Assembly (NCBI GenBank): GCA_002104945.1
Contig: MCFH01000092.1
Location: 55,417 to 119,416, forward strand
Source of the DNA: Piromyces finnis finn
Taxonomy: Eukaryota > Fungi > Neocallimastigomycota
Direction of reading: 5' to 3'
DNA length: 64,000 nt
Of the stretch, positions 24,690 to 37,800 are shown in pieces (positions within the stretch are counted from its first letter, which is position 1; each line of letters begins with the position of its first letter). The notes under the pieces are model-generated. The model ran no database searches. It was not told the origin of the DNA and saw only the letters and a program-made list of their open reading frames with translations. A program made the position numbers and the translations under genes.

Positions 24690-27600
24690 TATTTATTTTC
24701 ATTTTTCCCAATCCCTTTTCCTATATTTCCATTATTCATTATTCATAAAATAATATAAAATAAAGTTTATGATAGCTTAATCAATACTCATAATAAGCTT
24801 TCATTCCTAATTATTAATAATTATTCTTTGTTCTAATTGGTATATCAATAGTTAAATTTTTTAAAGTTTAATTAAAAATCATAAAATATCATAAAATAAC
24901 TTTAAATTTTAATTTAAAAATAAATTAAAATGGAAAACTAACAATTATTCATTTTTTTAAAGTTTTTTTAATTTTAATTAATTTTTTTTTATTTCCTTTT
25001 AAAATTTTAAAAAAATATTAATTTCCATTACAGAAAACTACCTTTTTTAGCACTTTTTTCTCATATATTAATAATATATTAAAAAATAAGGTTTTTCATT
25101 GTTCCTTTATTACTATACTCTATTTTCAATTTTATATCGGAATGTATTGTTCATCATCATGTTATGTACCAACAAATACATTCATTTAAATTTTGAACCA
25201 ATAAACGAATAGACCTTTTAATGACTAATGCAAAGGAAAATGACTTACCAAAAAAAAAAAAAAAAAAAATAGGTAAAATAACTTGCACAGCGTAGCAGCA
25301 TAATAAAAAAAGGAACTTGTAAATAAAAAGAAACGACTACGTTACTTAAATAATGATGATGATATTCTATTTATTATTTTTTTTAAGAATAGTCCCTTAT
25401 AATATAATTATCAAGATAAATAATGAATAACTATGATGATGGTCATTATAAATAATATATTTAAACAATAACATAACGAATTTTCATTATTATATTTATT
25501 ATATTTATTTTTATATTTATTACTGTACTTTTTTTTTTTTCTTTAATTTATATAGTATTATAGTATTATGAATTCATTTAAACAATTTCGTTGTTGTTAT
25601 TTATTTTAAAGGAGAAGCTAAATACACAAAAATAGAGAGAGCATAATCTCATAAATATCATTGAATATGGACTTATAATGAATAAATCATTAAAAATAGA
25701 ATGGTTTTATCTAACTAATAACTTTAACATTTATTATTTAGAAAAAAGTTGTTTTTTTTTTTTTTATCGTTTATATTTAATAGACCGCCATCATTCCAAA
25801 AATATTCTTTTTTAATATATATTAATAATGAATCATTTCATTTTCTCTTTTCTATTATTAAAAAAAAAATTAATTAAAATTTTTAATCTACTTTTTTTTA
25901 TTATTTTTTTTTTTTTTGACATATTCATTAAATGCAAAATGAATATATATAATTAATATAAAAATGGTTGAATAAAACTTAAAAAAGGAATTAATCCTGG
26001 TTAAAAATTTAATTAAAAAAAAAAAAAAAAGAATATTAGCACCCATACACATACATCTAATTTAATTATCTAATATTCATTATCTTCTCTTTTATAAAAA
26101 GGTATTATATATAGGTTAAAAGGTTTTATTGTCATTAATTCCTTTATAATAAATATCAAACTTATTATTACTTTTATTACCATTTTTATAAATTATATTT
26201 CAATATTTTTATAATTTTTATATTAAAAAAAAAAAACCTAAATTTTTACTATAATTTTATATTCTTACAAGCTATGATGACTTTATAACATATTAAATTT
26301 TATTATCATCAAAATTTAACATAAAAATGACTCATCTTTATTTGATTTAATTTATTCTTTATTTACTTATATATTTAAAAATAATAAATATTATAATTAC
26401 TATAATTACCTAATTACCTATTAATATTAATTAAATAAAATCATTATTATTATATCTATCATACCTGAAATATAGTTTGACTTTAATGATACGTTTTTTT
26501 TGTGTGTGTGAAGATAGTTGGAACTTTATAACTTTCATAAAAATATACATTTAATAATAAAATCCTATAGAAAAAAGGAAAGAAAATCATTATATATGTC
26601 AAGTCATTTTAATTTACACGCGAAATACCATATTATTGAAGAAAAAAAAATAGAAACAAAACTTTAAAAAAATTATTATAAACTTTAAATTAAAATTATT
26701 TAATTAATAAAAAGAAAATAGATTTATATTATTAAAACAATTTAAGATATAATAATAAAATAATAATAAGGAATTAAAGTATTTTTCCTGAAATATTTAT
26801 CTGAATTTAATAGCAATAGTAAAATATAAATACATTAGGCATTTAATATAAATGGATGACTAATCTTTACATTTTTTTTTTTTTAGCATAATATAATAAA
26901 AAAAAAAAGTATATTCTTATATTATTAAAAAAGATTTTACGCTAAACTATTTGAAAATATAAAAGCATTTTCTTAAATATTGATAAAATTATTTGTTCCT
27001 TGTTTAAAATAGCAAAGTGATGAAATAAAAATAAAAAAGCTAAAACTTTAATATCTAAGAATTAAACCTAACTTTTTCTTTTAATAATAATACAATAGTG
27101 TCATAATTATTGTTAAATCTCAATTAAATTGTCATAAATATGACTAACGACGAATTATTAATGACTAAACAATAAATATATATATATATTTAATTCAATA
27201 TACTTTAATAGTAGTATTTAAAATACATAAACTATGTATGATTATGAATGTTTTTTTGTTTTTATTTTTTAATGAATTTTTATTTAAAACACTCTTTTGC
27301 AATAAATTTTATTGTTATTTAATATTATAAAATTTTATAATTTATTCAAAATATTCTCTTTTATTATCACCACATTTTATCTCTTTTTTTTTTTATAAAA
27401 TTAATTATAGCCATTGTTAAAATATTTCAAAAGTATATAATTTTGATTCATTTTTTTTTTTTTTTTATTCTGTTAGTGTATAAGCAACAAAAAAAAAAAA
27501 AAAAATAATAAAATAATTATATTATTATTTATTTATATTTTGATTTCATTTTATTCCTTGGTGTAGGATTCGCAACTTTACCAATGTTTAATAAAAATTT

Positions 27601-28019
27601 TATGTTTAAATATATACATAAATAACTTGAAACAACACTCTTTCACTATCTACTTCAAAAACAAATGATGACCATGAGTTTATAAAAATAATAACCTTTT
27701 TTTTTTATTATTATTTTTTATTCAATTTTTTATTTGATAATTAAAATAAATAAGGTTTCCATTTTTTATTTTTAAAAAATAAAAAATTACTTTTTAATAA
27801 TGTTTAAATTTCGTATTTACAAAAAAATAATAATAATAATAATAATTATTATGATAATGATAATACTGAAAAAAATGAAATAATAATTAATTTTATCCTA
27901 AAATACTTTTGCTTAAATATACATGTACTTGTTTAATCTATATAATTATAAATAATTTAACTCAAAATATAATTGATGATAGTAATTAACAACCCGTTAT
28001 TATTTTTTTTTTAAACAAT

Positions 28020-31000
28020 TTAATAATTATCTTCCATTTCAGAATCTTCAGCTTCTTCAAGTTCTACATATTGAACATCAACTACTTCTTCTTCTGAAAG
28101 AATTTCTGCAACATCATTATTATCGGCAACATTGTTCATTTCTTCATTCATTTCTTCTTCACTCATTTCTTCAATATCATTATCATTTATTTCGTTAATA
28201 ACATTATTATTATCGGTAACACCATTAATTTCATCAGTAATATTACCAGATGAAATATCATTAGCTTCTTCTTCTGAAAGAATTTCTGCAACATCATTAT
28301 TATCTGCAACATTGTTCATTTCTTCATTCATTTCTTCTTCACTCATTTCTTCAATATCATTATCAGTAACATCATTTACTTCGTTAGCAACACTATTATT
28401 ATCAGTAACATCATTAATTTCATCAGTAATATTACCAGAAGCAACATCATCTATTTCATTAGCAATATTATTATTATCAGTAACACCATTAATTTCATCA
28501 GTAATATTACCAGAAGTAATATCATTAGCTTCTTCTTCTGAAAGAATTTCTGCAACATCATTATTATCTGCAACATTGTTCATTTCTTCATTCATTTCTT
28601 CTTCACTCATTTCTTCAATATCATTATCAGTAGCATCATTTACTTCGTTAGCAACACTATTATTATCGGTAACATCATTAATTTCATCAGTAATATTACC
28701 GGATGCAATATCATTAGCTTCTTCTTCAGAAAGAGCTTCTGCAACATTGTTCATTTCTTCATTTACTTCATTAGTAACATTATTATTATCGGTAACACCA
28801 TTAATTTCATCAGCAATATTACCAGATGCAATGTCATTAGCTTCTTCTTCAGAAAGAACTTCTGCAACATCATTATTATCTGCAACATTGTTCATTTCTT
28901 CATTCATTTCGTTAGTAGCATCATTATTATCGGTAACACCATTAATTTCATCAGTAATATTACCAGAAGCAATATCATTAGCTTCTTCTTCTTCTGAAAA
29001 AATTTCTGCAACATCATTATTATCTGCAACATTGTTCATTTCTTCATTCATTTCTTCTTCACTCATTTCTTCAATATCATTATCAGTAACATCATTTACT
29101 TCGTTAGCAACATTATTATTATCAGTAACACCATTAATTTCATCAGTAATATTACCAGAAGTAATATCATTAGCTTCTTCTTCTGAAAGAATTTCTGCAA
29201 CATCATTATTATCTGCAACATTGTTCATTTCTTCATTCATTTCTTCTTCACTCATTTCTTCAATATCATTATCAGTAGCATCATTTACTTCGTTAGCAAC
29301 ACTATTATTATCGGTAACATCATTAATTTCATCAGTAATATTACCGGATGCAATATCATTAGCTTCTTCTTCAGAAAGAGCTTCTGCAACATTGTTCATT
29401 TCTTCATTTACTTCGTTAGCAACATTATTATTATCGGTAACACCATTAATTTCATCAGCAATATTACCAGATGCAATGTCATTAGCTTCTTCTTCAGAAA
29501 GAATTTCTGCAACATCATTATTAACAGCATTATTCATTTCTTCATTTACTTCGTTAGTAACATTATTATTATCGGTAACACCATTAATTTCATCAGCAAT
29601 ATTACCAGATGCAATGTCATTAGCTTCTTCTTCTGAAAGAATTTCTGCAACATCATTATTATCTGCAACATTGTTCATTTCTTCATTCATTTCTTCTTCA
29701 CTCATTTCTTCAATATCATTATCATTTATTTCGTTAATAACATTATTATTATCAGTAACACCATTAATTTCATCAGTAATATTACCAGATGCAATGTCAG
29801 CTTCTTCTTCTGAAAGAATTTCTGCAACATCATTATTATCGGCAACATTGTTCATTTCTTCATTCATTTCTTCTTCACTCATTTCTTCAATATCATTATC
29901 AGTAACATCATTTACTTCGTTAGCAACATTATTATTATCGGTAACACCATTAATTTCATCAGCAATATTACCAGATGCAATGTCATTAGCTTCTTCTTCT
30001 GAAAGAATTTCTGCAACATCATTATTATCTTCAACATTATTCATTTCTTCATTCATTTCTTCTTCACTCATTTCTTCAATATCATTATCAGTAACATCAT
30101 TTACTTCGTTAGTAACATTATTATTATCAGTAACACCATTAATTTCATCAGTAATATTACCAGATGCAATATCATCAGCTTCTTCTTCAGAAAGAGCTTC
30201 TGCAACATCATTATTATCTGCAACATTATTCATTTCTTCATCCATTTCTTCATCGCTCATATTTTCTTCACCATCAATAGATGGAAGAGACTTAGCGGAA
30301 CCAGCTTCACCTGGAAGAGATTTAACTGAAACTGACTTACCTGGAATCTTAATTGGGATATCTGTTGGAAGAGATTTAGCTGAACCAATTTCATCTGGAA
30401 GAATTTTGGATGGAGTATTAGTTGTGGGAATCTTTGAGGATGGAGCCTTAGTAGATGGTGATTTAGAAGATGGTTCTTTTGAAGATGAGGTCTTAGTAGA
30501 TGGTGATTTAGAAGATGGTTCTTTTGAAGATGGGGTCTTAGAAGATGGTGATTTAGAAGATGGTTCTTTTGAAGATGGGGTCTTAGAAGATGGTGATTTA
30601 GAAGATGGTTCTTTTGAAGATGAGGTCTTAGTAGATGGTGATTTAGAAGATGGTTCTTTTGAAGATGGGGTCTTAGAAGATGGTGATTTAGAAGATGGTT
30701 CTTTTGAAGATGGGGTCTTAGAAGATGGTGATTTAGAAGATGGTTCTTTTGAAGATGGGGTCTTAGAAGATGGAGTTGGTATAGTTTTGGAATTGGATGA
30801 AATAATATTAGTTGAAGGAATTGGAATAGTTTTTGATGATGGAACTTCAGATGAAATAGTTGAAATAGTTTTAGTAGAAATTGTTGGTGGAGCCTTTGAT
30901 GAAAGAGGTGGAATAGTTTTAGTAGAAGTAACTGGAAGTGTTTTAGCTGAAGTTATTGGAATAGTTTTTGAAGATGAAATTTCAGTTGGAATGGTTTTAG

Positions 31001-31856
31001 CAGAAGTAACCGGAATTGTTTTAACAGAAGTCATTGGAATAGTTTTTAAAGATGAAACTTCAGTTGGAATTGTTTTAGCAGAAGTAACTGGAATTGTTTT
31101 AACAGAAGTTATTGGAATAGTTTTTGATGATGAAACTTTAGATGACATGGTTGGAATAGCTTTAGTTGTAGTTGTTGGTGGAGCCTTTGATGAAAGAGGT
31201 GGAATGGTTTTAACAGAAGTAACTGGAAGTGTTTTAGCTGAAGTTATTGGAATAGTTTTTGATGAAACCTTAGATGACATGGTTGGAATAACTTTAGCTG
31301 TAGTTGTTGGTGGAGCCTTTGATGAAAGAGGTGGAATAACCTTAGCAGAAGTAGCTGGAAGTGTTTTAGCTGAAGTTATTGGAATAGTTTTTGATGAAAC
31401 CTTAGATGACATGGTTGGAATAACTTTAGCTGTAGTTGTTGGTGGAGCCTTTGATGGAATAGTTGGAATAACCTTAGCAGAAGTAGCTGGAAGTGTTTTA
31501 GCTGAAGTTATTGGAATAGTTTTTGATGAAACCTTAGATGACATGGTTGGAATAACTTTAGCTGTAGTTGTTGGTGGAGCCTTTGATGAAATAGTTGGAA
31601 TAACCTTAGCAGAAGTAGCTGGAAGTGTTTTAGCTGAAGTTATTGGAATAGTTTTTGATGAAACCTTAGATGACATGGTTGGAATAACTTTAGCTGTAGT
31701 TGTTGGTGGAGCCTTTGATGAAAGAGTTGGAATTGTTTTAGATGTAGAGGCTGAAAGTAAATTAGCTGGGATGGTTTTTGATGAAGAATCAATTGGTAAT
31801 GCTTCAATTGAAGCTAAAAGAGATATAGCTAATACAATAATACTTAAAAGTTTCAT
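28020..31856 (-). CDS. Secreted, intronless, tandem-repeat protein (1278 aa): Ser/Thr/Lys/Pro-rich N-half, Glu/Asp/Asn-rich C-half, no catalytic domain
   Basis: Signal peptide MKLLSIIVLAISLLASIEA-LP, then xSKT(I/L)P repeats, SSKxP repeats and acidic EEMSEEEMNEEMNNV...SGNITDEINGVTDNNN repeats. Confidence 0.9.
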   Translation of the reverse strand: MKLLSIIVLAISLLASIEALPIDSSSKTIPANLLSASTSKTIPTLSSKAPPTTTAKVIPTMSSKVSSKTIPITSAKTLPATSAKVIPTISSKAPPTTTAKVIPTMSSKVSSKTIPITSAKTLPATSAKVIPTIPSKAPPTTTAKVIPTMSSKVSSKTIPITSAKTLPATSAKVIPPLSSKAPPTTTAKVIPTMSSKVSSKTIPITSAKTLPVTSVKTIPPLSSKAPPTTTTKAIPTMSSKVSSSKTIPITSVKTIPVTSAKTIPTEVSSLKTIPMTSVKTIPVTSAKTIPTEISSSKTIPITSAKTLPVTSTKTIPPLSSKAPPTISTKTISTISSEVPSSKTIPIPSTNIISSNSKTIPTPSSKTPSSKEPSSKSPSSKTPSSKEPSSKSPSSKTPSSKEPSSKSPSTKTSSSKEPSSKSPSSKTPSSKEPSSKSPSSKTPSSKEPSSKSPSTKTSSSKEPSSKSPSTKAPSSKIPTTNTPSKILPDEIGSAKSLPTDIPIKIPGKSVSVKSLPGEAGSAKSLPSIDGEENMSDEEMDEEMNNVADNNDVAEALSEEEADDIASGNITDEINGVTDNNNVTNEVNDVTDNDIEEMSEEEMNEEMNNVEDNNDVAEILSEEEANDIASGNIADEINGVTDNNNVANEVNDVTDNDIEEMSEEEMNEEMNNVADNNDVAEILSEEEADIASGNITDEINGVTDNNNVINEINDNDIEEMSEEEMNEEMNNVADNNDVAEILSEEEANDIASGNIADEINGVTDNNNVTNEVNEEMNNAVNNDVAEILSEEEANDIASGNIADEINGVTDNNNVANEVNEEMNNVAEALSEEEANDIASGNITDEINDVTDNNSVANEVNDATDNDIEEMSEEEMNEEMNNVADNNDVAEILSEEEANDITSGNITDEINGVTDNNNVANEVNDVTDNDIEEMSEEEMNEEMNNVADNNDVAEIFSEEEEANDIASGNITDEINGVTDNNDATNEMNEEMNNVADNNDVAEVLSEEEANDIASGNIADEINGVTDNNNVTNEVNEEMNNVAEALSEEEANDIASGNITDEINDVTDNNSVANEVNDATDNDIEEMSEEEMNEEMNNVADNNDVAEILSEEEANDITSGNITDEINGVTDNNNIANEIDDVASGNITDEINDVTDNNSVANEVNDVTDNDIEEMSEEEMNEEMNNVADNNDVAEILSEEEANDISSGNITDEINGVTDNNNVINEINDNDIEEMSEEEMNEEMNNVADNNDVAEILSEEEVVDVQYVELEEAEDSEMEDNY
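28090..30250 (-). repeat. Coding acidic repeat array with variable ~40-65 aa units
   Basis: Recurrent ttcatttcttcattcatttcttcttcactc blocks. A higher-order duplication links 28516-28768 and 29161-29413 (645 bp offset). Confidence 0.9.
30454..30775 (-). repeat. Coding 45-bp tandem repeat x7 (SSKTPSSKEPSSKSP)
   Basis: gatggtgatttagaagatgg recurs at 30454, 30499, 30544, 30589, 30634, 30679 and 30724. Confidence 0.92.
31140..31735 (-). repeat. Coding 132-bp (44-aa) tandem repeat, about 4.5-5 units
   Basis: gttgttggtggagcctttgatg recurs at 31171, 31303, 31435, 31567 and 31699. Confidence 0.92.
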
Positions 31857-33656
31857 TTTTGATAAATATTAAAAATGAAAATTAAAAAAAAAAATATTTT
31901 TGATTTATTGAATAGTGAAATATTATATTATTTATTTTATTATTGTAATATTTATTAATAAGAAATAAAAGTGAAACTTATTAATAAATATTATCAATTA
32001 TTTACAAGTTGCTTTTTTCTAGTAAAAAAAAAATCAATATAATATTATTTACAAATATACAATTTTATATTATATTAAATATACAATAAAACTAAAATTA
32101 ATATAAAAAAACTAATAAAAAAAAAAAAAAAAAAAAGTGAAATAAATATAGCAGTATTTATAATAAAAAAAAAATTAATATTAATTAAATAGAAACTTAA
32201 TAAATTAAATAATTATTGAATATTAAAACAAATATTATTATAAAATTTAGAATAATACTATGATTTTTATTTTATAATAAACAATTTTTTAAAAAACGGC
32301 AATTTTATAATATTTAATTTAAAACAGTAATACTAAAACAATTTTCTTTTATGTGATTATCAATATAAATCATTGTGACCAGCCAATGAAATTATTGATT
32401 ATATATTAATATTCGGTTTTTAATATATTAAATTTTGTGTAACAAATAAAAATATCTAAAAAACTTTTCCATCATCAAAAAATATATATAATACATGTTG
32501 AAGTTACTGTTTTTTATTATTTACAGATTTCTAATATAAAAAGAAAACATTTATTTTTATTATAATACATAAATTTTAAAATTAATTTTTATTTAAAATA
32601 ATGACATTTTTAATAACAATAATCTAAATAATTTATTAAATTTCTATATTATTTATATTTATTTAACTTAATCATTTATGGTGATTTTTTCATTTACCAA
32701 CTTTATGAAAAATATATATTAGGATAATGATAATCAATTGTTGTTTATTTTATCCTTCACATAATTGAATTATTTTATTAAATTATTACTTTTATATATT
32801 AAAGAAATTATATCAGTTTATTAATAGTAAGCAATATATCAATTTCCATTTTTTAATTAACACTATTTAGTTAGTTATCTATTTATTCATTTATTTTATT
32901 TCAATAATCTTAAACATATCAATTAAATGAAAACAATATAATATATATATTATTTCAATTTTCAAAATTAAATATAAATAATGTTAATTTCAAAATATTT
33001 TATTAAATTTATTTTTAAATTTATTTTTTTTTTATATATATTTTTCAAGTTATAATAATAATAGCTTTAAAATATATATAATATATAAAATAAAGATCTA
33101 TTACATTTTACACATTATTTATTTTAATAAGTACTACTAATTTTCTTTTCCAATGTTAATTTTTCTTTTTATTAATTTTTGAATTAAAAATTAATACAAT
33201 TACAAAAAAATTAACATCTTTTTTTTTTTGTTTTTTTTTTTTATGAATAATAAATTTGATGTAATAAAAAGTTTTTCTTTAAAGAAATGTCTAAAAATAC
33301 AAAACATACTATATATTGTATGAAAATAGATTTGAAATTAAAAAAAAAAACTAAATAATTTGCAATTCGTATCAATTTAAGTTATTATAATTGGTATAAT
33401 ATAATATTGAAATTGAACACTCTCATGAAGTATTCAATTTATTCTATTATAATTGGTATAATATAATATATAAAATTGAGTTCATAAGAAATCAAAGTGC
33501 ATTCTTTTCAAAGAATAGATCTTCGAAAAAGGGTAAATTTTTTCTCTTATAATCCATTTACTATTGATTTTTAGTAAAAGCCATTATAAGACATGTTTTT
33601 CAATTTTCTATTTAATTATTAAACAGAAAATTAGCTTAATTAATAGAGTTTATAGT

Positions 33657-33818
33657 TTATCTAAGTAAAGGTATTTCATTGTTATCAAAACCACCAATGA
33701 CAATTTTGGTATCCTTGTTGATATTAATTTCACTATTTATTTCTCTGATAATTGGAGCAGCATTAACGAGACTTAAGGAAGTAAGAGTCAAAGCAACAAT
33801 AATATTTAAGAATTTCAT
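33657..33818 (-). CDS. Putative small secreted peptide, 53 aa (below the ORF-track cutoff)
   Basis: Hand translation: MKFLNIIVALTLTSLSLVNA-APIIREINSEININKDTKIVIGGFDNNEIPLLR*. It has a classic signal peptide with a V-N-A cleavage site, an A at -3 of the ATG, and coding-like composition against AT-rich flanks. Confidence 0.65.
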   Translation of the reverse strand: MKFLNIIVALTLTSLSLVNAAPIIREINSEININKDTKIVIGGFDNNEIPLLR

Positions 33819-36800
33819 CTTGATAAGAAAAAAGTTCTATTTAAAAATCAATACCTTGGTGGTTAATTATTTATTTATATAAAATAAATAAAATATTTTA
33901 TAATTTTCTTTTTTAAGAAAAAGAATTGTAATAAAACAAAATTATTTATTATATAATTAATATTTTTCTGTGCCTTTTTTTATTTTTCTATTTTAGTTAC
34001 TACTTTATTTTCTTATTTCTTTAACTTTTTCTTTTTTTCTAAGCTTTCGCTTATAAATTGACTATAATTTTTTTAAAAAAAATAGAAAAAATTATTCTTT
34101 TTATATGATACTAATATCTTTAGTATTAAACTCTTAATTTTTTATTTGTTTATTATTTATTATTTATAATATTATATATTATATTATATTATATTATTCT
34201 ATAATTAATAATCACTATATTTTAGTTAATAAATTTGTAAAACTTTTTATTTTAAAACAAATTATCATTTACTAAAAATTATTCCAATTAAAATAATTAT
34301 ATTATTTATAAATATAATTTTTATCTAAAAATAACCTTTTTTTATATTAAAATCTATCTTTAGCTTTTATAATTAATTAAATTTTTGATTTTTCTATTCA
34401 ATAATATCAAGAAAAAAAAAAAAACCTTAAGAAAATATATATTTATTAGTTTTTTTTATATAGCACATTTCATTTCATCCTTATTTTAATATTAAAATAA
34501 TGTTATAAATAGAATACATAATTTGAAAAATTATTTCTATTTCTATTGTAATATTATTACCAATAATATTTATAAAAATGTTATACAAAATATCATCATA
34601 TTTATTAAAAGAAAAAATAGTATAAAAAATGACATATTATATAAATTTTAATAAAATTAAATAAAGGATAACAAAATGAAAAAAGAAAAAAGAAAAAGAA
34701 TATTAATTTGTTTATTTTTATTATTAAAAACTAAAACCATTTTATAAATATATATTTTTACTTGAATAATTAATAATTAAATTTTCAATACTAATGTTTA
34801 AATTACCATATATTTTTTTGATTCTTAAAAAATAAATATTGCTTATAAAAAAGAAACTAAACTCTATTTTAATTGGAATTTTATAAATTATATACCTTAA
34901 TTTCTAATTAATAATATATTATAATAAACGAAGAAAAAAGAAATATGTAAATGAAAAAAAAAAAAAGAATAATTCATAGTATTATGTCTTTTTTAAAAGT
35001 GAAAAAAATTTAAATACTTTTTTCATAAAATTATTATTTAAATAAATGTAAAAAAAAAAAAAGAAAATTAATAGCATTAGTTACACAAAATAAATTTATA
35101 GTAAATAAAAAAAAATATTTTTAGGTTACTCATCATAATAAATATAAAAAAATGATTATTCTAAATTGTTATATTTACAACATGTAATTGTAATATTATA
35201 CACCATTTATATATACTTAACTTTTAGAATTTAGAATTATAAATAAAAAAAACATATTAAACTCCATAAAATATAAAATGAAAAATAATAAAATATTGTT
35301 AATTTTTATTATAAATAAATTAATGCATTTCATTAGTGGTTTAGTAAATATTCTTATTCTGAAATTTGTTTAAATAAGGTAGACTGACTTTTTTGTTGTA
35401 AAAATTTTCTTTTTCACAAAAAAAATCACAAAAAAGTGTTTTATTTATTTACATATGTTTCAAAATATCAAAAAATGAACTTTTTAACCTTTATTAACAA
35501 TAATAATCAAAAACAAAATAAAAAAAAAATTGAATGATATCAATTTATTTATTCTACTTTCTTGAAAAATAAATTTATTTTACAAATATATTAACTTTTA
35601 TTTATAATTTTATATATTTATTCTTTATTTTCTATTCTTTTTCTTTGTTTTAATATTTTAAATAAGATCCTTAGTAATAAAAATTACTACTTAAAAGCAA
35701 GAAAAAAGAATTATATTTTATAAATCTACATTTATTTCAAATAATAATAATATATATATTTAATTTAGAATAAAATTGTTAGAATGTTTTTTTCAATATT
35801 CTATTTAGAACAATAATTATAAAAAAAAACCCTGCGAATATTCAAGAAAAATTAATAAAATTTTCTTTTTTATTTATTTCTATAATTTATAAAATTCTAA
35901 CCCTCGAATCAAAAATTTAAAAACATAACCTAATCATATAGAATTAGTATGGATATTTAAATATGATACTTTTTATTTTATTACTGTAAAATTTTCACTT
36001 TACCATTATTACTATTATTATTTATTTATTAATTTATTTATTATTTTCAATAGCTTATAAAAATAGAAAATAATAGAATTGTTTTTCTAACTATTATACA
36101 ATATATAATTAATATATTTTATTATACTTTAACAAAATATAATTTTTAAAGTTTAATTTTTAATTTTTTTTTTTAATTAAAAATCAACAATATTACCAGA
36201 ATTTTAAATTATCACAATATTTTTAAATATTTGTTATTTCATTATTATTCTTTTTATTTTATTTATTTATTCTTTTATAAAAATATAATTTTTAATGAAT
36301 TTTTATATATTTTTTAATAGTTATATTATGCATTTTCTATTATTAACTTTATTCTTCTATTGCAATTAGTGATAAAAAATCATGTATATAATCATCAAAC
36401 AATTTTAATTTTTTAGGTTTTTACCTAATATTTAATTGTTTTTCTATTAATATGACATAAAAATTTTTTTCCAATAAATTCTGTATTTTTTATCCAGAAA
36501 AATTTCATGGGTTAGAATTTAAAATGTAATAAATTTTCAAGATAGTTTTAACTGCCTCTACTTTATTTTAAAATACTTGATAATATATTTTAAAATAATG
36601 TTATATAATATTAAACATTAAACGCTTTAATAGCCTTTTTTAATATTGAAGTAATTAATATATTACTTAAAAGGACTGTAAATGTGAAAGTCTTTCTTAA
36701 AAGTCTTTAAAACTTATAATAGGAAATATTTTTTTTAATCCTTTTTTTCCTTTTTCTATACCATTCTATGTTATTTTAAAGTTCACAGGTTGTGACAAAT

Positions 36801-37800
36801 ACTAATTTTTTGTAATAATGGAATATAATTATAATTAATATTTTTTAATTACATTAGTATTATAAAAGTTTAAATTATCAGGTTATATATAAATATTATA
36901 TATTAAAATTTATCCTTTTTAATATAAAGAATAAAATTATTAATTTTTTATATTAAATTTAATATAATAAAATATAATAATAATATATCAATTCATATAA
37001 ATTTAATTAATTTCAATTTAAAACTTAATGTAATATAATATATTTAAATATAGTTAGTGTTATCTATTTAATAGCCAAGTTTACAATTATATGAGTTTAT
37101 ATTGATCGGGAAATATATAGAAAATACCATTAAAATAAATTGATATAATATATTATATTATCTTTCATATAAATAGCATATAATAAGTAATATAAAAAAA
37201 AAGAAAAGCAAAATATATTATGATAAATTATTATTAATTAAAATAGTAATCTTAACCCTTTAATTTACCATAATTAGTGGTTTTGTGTTTTAAAAAATAG
37301 TAAACAGTAAAACTTTATTAATTATAAAATTTAATAATAAAAGATAGTTTAATAGGATTTTTTTTATTTTATTTTTTTATATATCTTTTAAATCTTTTTA
37401 ATCTTTTTATTTTTATAGATTTTAAAAATAGCTGTAAATGATAAGCAGGAAAAATAACGAAAACTTAATTATAATCATTTAAAAAAATGAATTATTAATA
37501 AAATAAACAAATAAACAGGATATATTTCATTTTGTAATATAATTGCAATTCATAATATAAGTGGAAAAAAATTGATTTAATTGTGTCTTTTCATCTATAA
37601 TTATAAATAATAAGAATAAAAACAATCTTTATAATCATAATAAAATTTATAATAAATTTATTTTCAAATTTTTAAAAGGTTAAATATAATTTGTTTATCT
37701 AAAGTAATAAAGGGAATTGTTAAAAAGGCACAAAAATTAAAATTTCTTTCATTTTTAATTTTGAAATATATATAATATATATATATATAGAGTTAATAGG

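Noticed and set aside
27556-27584. tRNA-like word (ggtgtaggattcgcaactttacca) and the GGTTCGA word at ~21446
   Set aside because: No cloverleaf, no A-box, and the B-box consensus is not met.
28090-31735. Regular repeats as a CRISPR-like or non-coding array
   Set aside because: Unit lengths are multiples of three, there are no unique spacers, and all repeats lie in one signal-peptide-bearing ORF.
28132-31872. 1246-aa antisense ORF overlapping the secreted repeat protein
   Set aside because: In this register an antisense stop needs a sense TAn or CAn codon (Tyr/His/Gln). The sense protein has none in the overlapped part, so the open frame is an automatic by-product. The ORF starts just past the only Gln/Tyr codons.
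32155-32389. TATA (32155-32162) and CCAAT (32381-32389) boxes upstream of the secreted protein gene
   Set aside because: Plausible, but unsupported without a transcription start site in DNA this AT-rich.
33679-33882. 67-aa + strand ORF
   Set aside because: TTG start and antisense to the better-supported signal-peptide ORF at 33657..33818.
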